From contig NW_021826729.1 in assembly GCF_006345805.1 (NCBI RefSeq), positions 1 to 11,961 on the forward strand: 11,961 bases of DNA. Reading direction: 5' to 3'. This stretch comes from Octopus sinensis (Eukaryota). The translations under genes and the position numbers were made by a program. The notes under the pieces were generated by a model. It was given only the letters and a program-made list of their open reading frames with translations, did not search any database and was not told the DNA's origin. This document shows, piece after piece, positions 1 through 8,411 of the stretch (within the stretch, counting starts at the first letter, position 1; each line of letters opens with the position of its first letter).

Positions 1-90
1 CCTTCTCTTTCTCTCCGACAATTCGGTTCGCGGCTTCTCGACATCCGCACAAGATAACCATTATTTTTGCAGATTGACAAACATTACGGA
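1..90 (+). promoter_or_regulatory. Putative 5' UTR / promoter-proximal region of the SAT-like gene, with a pyrimidine tract matching the TCT initiator (YYCTTTYY at 5-12)
   Basis: Window opens with ccttctctttctctcc. There are 15 CpGs in the first 240 nt, unlike most non-SINE intron sequence. No upstream ATG; in-frame TAA at 55-57. Upstream context is missing, so the TSS is not established. Confidence 0.35.
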
Positions 91-156
91 ATGGCGTCTT
101 ACTGTATCAGAGATGGAACCGAAGAAGATTTGCCGGAGCTACATCGCCTCATGCAG
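91..156 (+). CDS. SAT2: First coding exon (22 codons) of a diamine N-acetyltransferase (SSAT / thialysine N-epsilon-acetyltransferase, GNAT family); SAT1 vs SAT2 orthology not resolvable
   Basis: ATG in strong context (ggaATGG), translation MASYCIRDGTEEDLPELHRLMQ, then CAG|gtattc. Aligns by eye without gaps to recalled human SAT2 [22 protein letters not shown] (9/22 identical) and SAT1 [22 protein letters not shown] (8/22). The phase-0 intron after codon 22 matches the recalled 66-nt first coding exon of human SAT1. Unspliced read-through stops at TGA 196-198. Confidence 0.72.
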
Positions 157-423
157 GTATTCTTCCGATCTTCTTTGAGTCCTTATCGCATTCTTTGATT
201 CTTCGACCGAGTTCTTAATATTTTCTTTTTTGTTTGGCTTTTTATTTTTTTTTTGTTTTTAGTTTCTTTTTCTTCGCAATGCTGACGTTGTGGGTAGGGG
301 CAAGGGTGTCCTAATTTTTTGAAAAATATAATTTATTTACCTATTATTCCATTGTTACCTATATCGATTATATAACTACCTAAGCCGTTTAATCGTCTAC
401 CAGCTTAACTACCCGTTTATCAG

Positions 424-975
<552 letters not shown>

Positions 976-1499
976 TTTTATACATATACATATATATATA
1001 TGGCAGGTATATATAATGCCTCCTGGCATGTATGTATAATTATGCCCTCTATATATAAATTAATATGTTCAATAAGAAATAATTATTTTCGAAATTTTTT
1101 CTCTTATGAGGTTTTTAACGCTATCTACCTGACAATTTCTTGTTAATTTTCCTTATTAAGTAGTTTCCCTTATTGCAAATATATATTATATATATATATA
1201 TAATATAATACAACACGCTCAACAAATTGAAGAATCAATCCATTTAAGTAGCACACCGTATTTCATTTTATTCTAATAAGAAAAGTCGACTGTGACTTCG
1301 AAGTTGAGACTCGGTGTGTTTTCAAGTGTGCTGTGTAAAGTATGTGTTTTGTTCGTGTGTTTAAAAGAAAAAAATGAAAGTAATGAAAGAAATAAACATA
1401 ACACTTCATACATACGTAATGATGCCATGATCTGTGAAGAATTCAGCTATTTGTTATGGTTTTACCATTCCTAGAGCTGGATAATTCACCGCAAGATGT

Positions 1500-1586
1500 G
1501 TGATGTTGTGTGTTGTTGTGTGTGTGTGTGTAAACTCTATTATACTTACAACACACACACACACATATATTATATATACATATACA

Positions 1587-1629
<43 letters not shown>

Positions 1630-1634
1630 TATAT

Positions 1635-1701
<67 letters not shown>

Positions 1702-2206
1702 GTATACGTATAAGATGTAGTATATATGTGTGTGTATATATATATTATTATATATATATATTATCTATATGTATATATTACACAAACATACATATATATA
1801 TATATAATATATAATATATATATATATATATTATTAATAATAGTATATGTATGCATATACATATATGTATATATATAAATACATACCATATATATATATA
1901 TATATAATATATATATATATATAATATATATTGTATGTATCTATGTATGTGTGGTGCGTGTGTATATATGTATATACAAACATACATATATATATATACA
2001 TATATATATTATATGTATATATATATATATATATATTTATAATACTAGATGTATGCATCTATATATATACATACTATAAATTTATGTATGTATCTATGTA
2101 TGTGTGTGCGTGTGTGTGTGTGTTTCGGAAAATCATCTGTTTCGACGGGTTTATTGTAAGGTGTGGGTGGGTGCGAATACCGAATAAATCTGATTTTCTT
2201 TTGTAC

Positions 2207-2270
<64 letters not shown>
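1500..2270. repeat. Long compound (TG)n/(CA)n/(TA)n microsatellite region
   Basis: Directly visible; (TA)n-dominated at ~1563-2080 and (GT)n at 2210-2270. Confidence 0.95.
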
Positions 2271-2473
2271 AATTCTTCTGTATTAAGGTTATGTGTTCCT
2301 CCCCTCGTACACTTTTTTTTTTTATCTCTCTTGTCCCCTTTATTGCGGCGCTTTTGTATTTTTTATGGGGAGCTACTCGAAGAAAGCGATCACTCGCTAA
2401 ACCTAGCCGCCGCTGACAAGATCCCCGGCATTTTAGTGCGCATGTGTGTATATTTGTGTGAATACGTGCGCAT

Positions 2474-2549
2474 ATGTGTGTGTGTGTGTGTGTGTGTTCG
2501 CGTATGTCTGTGCTTTTACGTGTTGTGTGTGTGTGTGTGTGTGTGTGTG
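2474..2549. repeat. Two (GT)n blocks
   Basis: Directly visible at 2474-2497 and 2521-2549. Confidence 0.9.
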
Positions 2550-2720
2550 AGACCGTCATTGATTTACCAACTCTCATCTCTCCCCCGACTCTCGTCCCTC
2601 TCTATAAACCCCATATTCGGTACAGCTATACTCGCATCTGCCTATACCTACTTTTTAATGCGAAACATCGTCAACCCCACCACGACAACCACCGCCAGCA
2701 ATAACACCGTAACCCTCAGC

Positions 2721-2821
2721 ACCACCACCACCACCACCACCACCACTACTACTGCTGTTACTACTACTACCACTACTACTACTGTTACTACTACTACTAC
2801 TACCACTACTACAGCTGTTGT

Positions 2822-2880
<59 letters not shown>

Positions 2881-2941
2881 TTACTACTACTACTACTGCT
2901 GCTGTTACTACTACTACTACTACTACTACTACTGCTGATGT

Positions 2942-3003
<62 letters not shown>

Positions 3004-3060
3004 TACTACTACTACTACTACTACTGCTACTACTACTACTACTACTACTGCTGCTGCTGT

Positions 3061-3094
<34 letters not shown>

Positions 3095-3110
3095 GCTGTT
3101 GTTACTACTA

Positions 3111-3145
<35 letters not shown>
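2721..3145. repeat. (ACC)8 followed by a ~400-bp (ACT)n trinucleotide array punctuated by GCT/GTT
   Basis: Directly visible; single-base slips near 3004 and 3111 change the register. Confidence 0.98.
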
Positions 3146-3251
3146 ACGTCATAAATAGCATTATCAACATGAAAGCGAAAGCACACAACAGATCATCATC
3201 ACAACTACAACTGTTAACAACAACAACGGCAACAACAACATCACAAGCCAA

Positions 3252-3491
3252 TGAGGGAGCCTCACTGTGGTTGTTCGACCTTCTAAAATAGCAGCCAAAC
3301 CTTCCCTCAAATCGCATTTTGCAGTCTGGCTTAAAGAACACGTTGCAATAATGCGGTGCTGGATTCGCTGCATGTAGGGGAAAAATGAAACTATGGTGGC
3401 ATGGTCATGAATGGATTGCCTTTGATCTTATGCCTGTTTGATCAAGGCTGACTTTGTGCTAAAGAACTGTAGTAACAAGAACAACAATAAC
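3252..3491 (+). mobile_element. Degenerate 3' part of an octopus retroposon ending in an (AAC)n-type tail
   Basis: Ends in ggctgactttgtgctaaagaactgtagtaacaagaacaacaataac, similar to a recalled octopus repeat ending ...gggctgacctggggctaaacaacaacaac. Identification is from memory; family not named. Confidence 0.45.
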
Positions 3492-3506
3492 GCTATACAT
3501 ACAATA

Positions 3507-4110
3507 CACCACCACCACCACCACCACCACAACCACCACCACAGCCACCACTACCACCACTATCACCACTACCACAACCACCACCACCACCACCACAGCC
3601 ACCATCATCACCACCATCACCACCACCACCACAGCCAGCACTATCACCACCACCACAACCACCACCACCACCACCACAGCCACCACTATCACAGCCACCA
3701 TCATCACCACCACATCACCACCACCACCACTATCACCACCACCACAACCACCACCACCACCACCACAGCCACCACTATCACCACCACCACAAACCATCAC
3801 CACCACCACCACAGCCACCACTAACACCACCACCACCACCACCACCACCACAGACACCACTATCACCACCACCACAGCCACCATCATCACCACCACTGCT
3901 GCCACCGACACCGACCACCCCTCTCCCCACCATTTCTGCCACCAATCTAAGCGCCGCGACTACCACCATTATCGTGAACATCTTCGTTGCCGCCTATAGC
4001 ACTAACTTCACCAACACCATCACCACTACCACCCACCACCACCACCACCACCATCACCACGGCCAATACCACCATCAGTTCCACCACCACCACCACCACT
4101 ACCACCACCA
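3507..4110. repeat. Compound (CAC)n trinucleotide array with a 45-bp higher-order unit in its core
   Basis: Directly visible; TAT/TAA landmarks at 3642, 3687, 3731, 3776 and 3822. Confidence 0.97.
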
Positions 4111-4149
4111 ATAAAATACATAATAATCGAACAATTTGACTTCTCTTGT

Positions 4150-4315
4150 AAATAGCATCGACTTAGGTGCTAGAATTATACACTTCCCCCTGGTAGGGGT
4201 GATATAATGAATGGGATAATCAACACCATTCGACTCCGGTTGGGTTTGAACTCTGAGCATAGAGGGAGGAAATTCAATAATGTAAGCCATTTAGTGCGGC
4301 GCTCAACCGTTTCAA
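4150..4315 (-). mobile_element. Diverged SINE, family A (tRNA-like head), missing its extreme 5' end
   Basis: Reverse complement has gagttcaaa (B-box-like) and aligns to the heads of the other family-A copies in the window. Confidence 0.5.
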
Positions 4316-4320
4316 AGTAG

Positions 4321-4526
4321 TTTCTGATTTAGGCACAGAGGCAGGTAGGGGGTTAATCGATACCATCGACTCCTCTACTTGATTAGTATTTTATTTTATC
4401 GATTCCGAAAGGATGAAAGGCAAAATTGCCCTCGGTGGAATTTAAACTCAGAACATAAAAACGAGTCGAAATAAATACTGTTTAGCCATTTGTTCGATGC
4501 TCTAACGATTCTTCTAGTCCACAGCC
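4321..4526 (-). mobile_element. SINE family A copy (octopus tRNA-derived SINE; OK/OR-type assignment not resolved)
   Basis: Shares the ttattttatcga..ccgaaaggatgaaaggcaaa...ggaatttaaactcagaac...ctaacgattct block with the copies at 7421, 10596 and 11784. Confidence 0.85.
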
Positions 4527-4742
4527 CTTAATTGTTTCTTTTAGGTCCACTTGCCCGCATGTTAAAGAGCATAAAGTGACATAGTTTGATCAACATTGAA
4601 CACTTGTACTAATGTTCTTTATTTTATGGACCCTAGGGATTTTCAATTCACAACCTAATGATAGTCAATCCCTTTTTCTACTCATTCTCCTGCTCCAAAA
4701 TTTAGAAATATTACTAATCTTATATGATTATTTCATTTTATT

Positions 4743-4998
4743 TAGCGCTTGGCCTAGTAATTAGGATGTTACAATTATGATTGTAAGGCCGTGGTTTTGA
4801 TTCCCGGAGCGGGTGGGGCATTGTGTTCTTGAGCAAAACACTTCATCTCAAATTGTTCCAGTTCACTCAACTGTGAAGAGGTTCCAGCAATTACTGGGAA
4901 GTTAACCCTTCAATGGACCGGCACCCCGTTCAGTGTGACAGTGCTGTAATCTCAGTCACTTACACGCCATATACACTGGGTTAAGCTCCGGCTATGAA
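4743..4998 (+). mobile_element. SINE family C copy (tRNA head + CORE-like segment + V-like segment)
   Basis: A-box-like tggcctagtaa, degenerate B box ggttttgattcc, and ttgtgttcttgagcaaaacacttcat shared with 6025-6245. Domain names are from recalled consensus motifs. Confidence 0.75.
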
Positions 4999-5295
4999 AG
5001 TCCAATCGCTCATGATAGCCCTCAGTAAACGCACACAGGTTTCCCATTTTACTTGAGGAATATGAATGGCCAATTCTATAATAATTTACAGTGAAAGTAA
5101 ATTGAAATAGATTCAACAGAGAATCGAAACCGTGTCACAGAATTTGTCCACAGCAAATTGTTTCTCTGTGGAGCTGTCAATCATACTTTCTTATATGTAA
5201 CCACAATGATTATGTGAATTCAAGAAGAGGAGGTTGTTTTGAATAACACTCGTACTCCGGGACCTATGAGAGTACTTTGAGTTGGCGCTAGACGC

Positions 5296-5394
5296 GTGTG
5301 TCCCTAGCGTTTGTTCTATGTCCCCAATGTGTTGTGATGTATTTCTCTGTGTCGCCCCTAGTGGGTAATAAAGAAATAGTGTGTCCCTAGCGTT
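5296..5394 (+). mobile_element. 67-bp insert (5312-5378), probably a 5'-truncated retroposon 3' end, flanked by a perfect 16-bp target-site duplication
   Basis: gtgtgtccctagcgtt at 5296-5311 and 5379-5394; the insert ends in gtgggtaataaagaaata. Confidence 0.65.
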
Positions 5395-5857
5395 AATCTT
5401 CAGACAGAATCAGTTTGACACAATGTGCGAGAAAACTCCTTTAATTACAGATTTCTGTATAATCTATCAAAATAAAAATTAACAGCGGAAGAGAAGTGAA
5501 AGCGAAATCAACGAGGGTCAAGACCGCTACAAAATGGCCTTACGTTTATTTGCAGGCGCTTCTATCAGTAGGGAGAGATGAAAAACATTTGAACCCAAAC
5601 TACCGGTTAACTAGCGCCCAAACTAATTCGCCTTTATGCTATCAGTTGTTCACCAATGATAATTTTGATGGGACTTTCTGGAAGAGTAGCAGTTGTCCAT
5701 GCATGCGATGCTCCTCTTTACTATAACACAGATGTTTGTTCAAAAGAGGGGCCTCCAACTGTGACCGATACAACTTGGAAACTTGCATGTGATCACAACC
5801 GTTGCTTTCAGAATGCATCTTGTCTGACCGTCAAACAGCACTTCTAATCTATCGCTC

Positions 5858-5992
5858 TGGATTTGTTCTTCATTAGAACTCCAAAAGGTTGAAAGTCAAC
5901 GATGACCTCGCAGGGATTTGAACTCTCGGCGCAATGAGTCGGGATGAAGACGCAAGGTATTCTACTCAATACGCTAACGACTCGCCACTTTT
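5858..5992 (-). mobile_element. Diverged SINE family A copy (5' half)
   Basis: ccaaaaggttgaaagtcaacgatgacctcgcagggatttgaactc...cgctaacgactcgcca aligns to the family-A copies. Confidence 0.7.
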
Positions 5993-6024
5993 GCAGTCAT
6001 GTAAGGTCACAATTTATATATTTT

Positions 6025-6245
6025 GGAGGCGCGTGGTTTAGTGGTTAGGCTGTTGGTCTCATGATCGTAAGATTGTGATTTCGATTCCTGGACCAGGTAA
6101 CGCGTTGTGTTCTGGAGCAAAACACTTCATTTCACGTTGTTTCGGTCCACTCAGCCGGCAAAAATGAGTAACGCTGCGACGGGCCGGCGTCTCGTCCAGT
6201 TGGAGAATTTATACGCCATGAAACCGGGAAACCGGGCCCTTGTAA
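6025..6245 (+). mobile_element. SINE family C copy
   Basis: A box tggtttagtgg, B-box-like tttcgattcc, CORE-like gttgtgttctggagcaaaacacttcatttcacgttg, then gctgcgacgggccggcgtctcgtccag and the aaaccggg doublet. A possible degenerate TSD acaatttat(a/g)ta at 6009/6273 is uncertain. Confidence 0.85.
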
Positions 6246-6500
6246 GTCGACATGAGAAGGTAACTTTAAAAAACAATTTATGTAAGTTGGGACACTTTTA
6301 ACTGTAAATACCTCATTGCATTAAGGTTGGTCTCAAACCTTGAAATCGAAAATGGAAACTACCTGTAGATTATACAGAAATCTATAATTAAAAGAGTTTT
6401 CTTACACACGTTGTGTTATGCTGAATCTACATGAAGATTAGCGCTAAAGACACACACATCTAGACGGTGTTCCCACCACTTTCATTTTCTAGTGTAAAGC

Positions 6501-6595
6501 CACAACTTTTGGCGGGAGAAGTGTAATCGATTATATCGATCTTGCTACTACACTGGTACTTATTATATCGATCGCGACATAATTTAAACTCAGAG
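6501..6595 (-). mobile_element. Internally deleted SINE family A fragment
   Basis: taatcgattatatcgat...ctggtacttattatatcgat joined directly to aatttaaactcaga; the aaggatgaaaggcaaag block is absent. Confidence 0.6.
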
Positions 6596-6838
6596 AGCGT
6601 TCAAATCATCTTTCTCATAGACATAACTAAGGAAATTGGCTTTTTGTCCACCATTCTGCGACAAATTCTTCCAATTCACCGCCCTTAATCTGACAAGAGA
6701 ATCCCAGAGAAACTCCACGCTTAATAAATGTTCTCGTTTCTATCTTGATGCAAAAGATCCATAGTTCTTCATCGTTTTGGTTTATTCTGTTAAAGAATTC
6801 GATTAATTTGAATTTGTTATATTCTATTGATAGTTCAA

Positions 6839-7017
6839 GACGGTGAGCTGGTGGAATCGTTTGAGTCAGTAAAAAATGCCTTGCGGTGTTTCTTCGGGCT
6901 CTTTTCATTTCGGGTTCAAATCCAGCAAAGTCCAAATTTAGCTTTCACCTTTCCAGAGTCGATAAAATAAAGTGCCAGTCAACTATACTAGAGTTGATGA
7001 CACCGACTCGCCCCTTC
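6839..7017 (+). mobile_element. SINE family A copy
   Basis: gacggtgagctggtggaatcgtt head, gggttcaaatcc B box, gctttcacctttccagagtcgataaaataaagtgccag body. Confidence 0.85.
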
Positions 7018-7040
7018 AGATCACAATGGATCTGATTATG

Positions 7041-7232
7041 GTGGGTGGATTGGCAAAATCAGTAGAGCGTCTAAAAAGACGTGCTATGTTGTGTTTCTTC
7101 CTCATCTTTATATTCTGAGTTCAAATGCCACCTAAGTCAGCTTTATCTTTCATTCTTCTAGGGTTGAGTATTCTGGTTGGTGGTATCGATTAGGCCCCTC
7201 TCCTCAAAACTGCTGACCTTCTGCTTAAATCA
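7041..7232 (+). mobile_element. SINE family A copy with internal deletion
   Basis: tggcaaaatcagtagagcgtc head, gagttcaaat B box, tail cctcaaaactgctgaccttctgcttaaat. Confidence 0.8.
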
Positions 7233-7263
7233 ATGATTTTGAGCATTGTGGATGGGCTTTGTG

Positions 7264-7398
7264 TAAATATTTTATATATGTCGTTGATTTCCTTCCACAA
7301 CTTAGCTTGTTAAAAGCTTCACACTCGAGCCTGTTTAACTGTTAAATATTTTCATTATGTCGTCGATTTCGTTTCAAACTTAAGCGCAACACTCGAAC
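7264..7398. repeat. Diverged tandem duplication (~79-bp period, 2 copies)
   Basis: taaatatttt..tatgtcgt(t/c)gatttc..aactta..gc..acactcga at 7264-7330 and 7343-7398. Confidence 0.75.
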
Positions 7399-7420
7399 AC
7401 ATATTGTGACAAGCAGAATA

Positions 7421-7573
7421 ATAACAATTCTTTCTTCTTATAGGCACAAGGCCTGAAATTTTTGCGGGAGGGGGCTAGTTGATTGCATCAACCCCAGTGC
7501 TCAATTGGTACTTATTTTATCGACCCCCGAAAGGATGAAAGGCAAAGTCGACCTTGATGGAATTTGAACGCAG
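7421..7573 (-). mobile_element. 5'-truncated, comparatively well-preserved SINE family A copy
   Basis: taggcacaaggcctgaaattttt...ccccagtgctcaattggtacttattttatcgacccccgaaaggatgaaaggcaaagtcgacc...aatttgaac. Confidence 0.9.
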
Positions 7574-7629
7574 TATTTAAAAGGTACTTAGAAAACTCTT
7601 TAATGCATTTGTATGTGGGTGGAAGGCGC

Positions 7630-7812
7630 AAAGTAAGCGGTTAGTTGATACCGTCGACTCCAGTACTGGCCAGGTACTTTATTTTATCGGCCCTGAAAGC
7701 CTGTAAGGTAAAGTTGACTTCAGCGGGAGTTAAAATTGCGACGCTAAGAGCTGGAACAAATACTGCAAAGTATTTTGTGCATTGTTGTGACGATTCGGCC
7801 AATCTACTGCCC
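7630..7812 (-). mobile_element. Diverged SINE family A copy
   Basis: gtcgactccagtactggccaggtactttattttatcggccctgaaag...aaagttgacttcagcgggag...acgattcggccaa. Confidence 0.8.
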
Positions 7813-7823
7813 TCACTTAACTT

Positions 7824-8031
7824 AATAATAGCTTCTAATTTAAGCAGTGGGTCAGCAGTTTTGAATAGAGGAGCAAGTCGTTACCATCGACTCCAATACT
7901 TTATTTTATCGACCCCAAAAGTATAAAAGACAAAGTTATCTTCGGCGGGATTTGAGCTCCTGGTGCTTGAGCTGGAGCAATCTGCAGACCATGTTAGCCG
8001 ACGCTCCAACGATTTTGCCATTTCTCCAGCC
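7824..8031 (-). mobile_element. Diverged SINE family A copy
   Basis: catcgactccaatactttattttatcgaccccaaaagtataaaagacaaagtt...gggatttgagctc...gacgctccaacgattttgcca. Confidence 0.8.
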
Positions 8032-8152
8032 TCACGTAATTTAACAATTACACCTGCTTACGCTATCACACGATGAGTAGATATTTATTTAGCAGAATGA
8101 AGTATAAAATAGACTCAGGCATTACTAATGCTTTCATCGTTTTAAGGCACTG

Positions 8153-8190
8153 AAAGTTAACTCAAGTTAATTCAAAAAGTTAACTCAAGT
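8153..8190. repeat. Short tandem AAGTTAA(C/T)TC repeat; 15-bp direct repeat at 8153-8167 and 8176-8190
   Basis: Directly visible. Confidence 0.7.
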
Positions 8191-8411
8191 AGCAGATGGC
8201 CCGATTAATTCCTTCAAAGATTTTAGTTTATAATTTTATAATTTCCCAGTTCGTGGTTCTCGCTCGAACCAAGAAAACAGATTTACAGTGACACAGCGGA
8301 GCACAGAGGTGGCTAGGAGGCTTTAGTGAGATGTAACGATGCTAATACATAAGTCTGTGAGTTTGATAAAATTGGCACGACATGAAGGAAAGGAAATCTG
8401 ATGTTTTCGAA

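Noticed and set aside
3141-3147. Perfect TACTAAC branch-point/STAR motif
   Set aside because: Arises from one change at the end of the (ACT)n array, and no polypyrimidine tract follows.
2163-3291. Long ORFs (327 aa, 157 aa, etc.) reading as poly-Thr/Leu/Tyr, mucin-like
   Set aside because: They are translations of GT and ACT microsatellites that lack stops. The register slips twice, and there is no credible start or splice context.
3438-3981. His-rich (beak-protein-like), Val-rich and Gly-rich ORFs
   Set aside because: All are frames of the (CAC)n array. They lack the Gly/His/Ala repeat pattern of cephalopod beak proteins and a signal peptide, use non-ATG or weak starts, and are interrupted by frameshifts.
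5556-5726. Acceptor gtttatttgcag followed by an open phase-0 frame (ALLSVGRDEKHL...)
   Set aside because: No resemblance to SSAT exon 2 and no convincing donor; chance-level in an AT-rich intron.
5656-5847. 63-aa Cys-containing ORF with a mildly hydrophobic N-terminus (secreted-peptide-like)
   Set aside because: Weak Kozak context, odd cysteine count (5), Arg within the putative signal peptide, no promoter evidence and no recognised family.
6627-6935. 102-aa minus-strand ORF with protein-like composition
   Set aside because: Its first third is antisense SINE sequence with a non-ATG start, and the remainder matches no family I recognise. A TBLASTN/HMM search would be needed to revive it.
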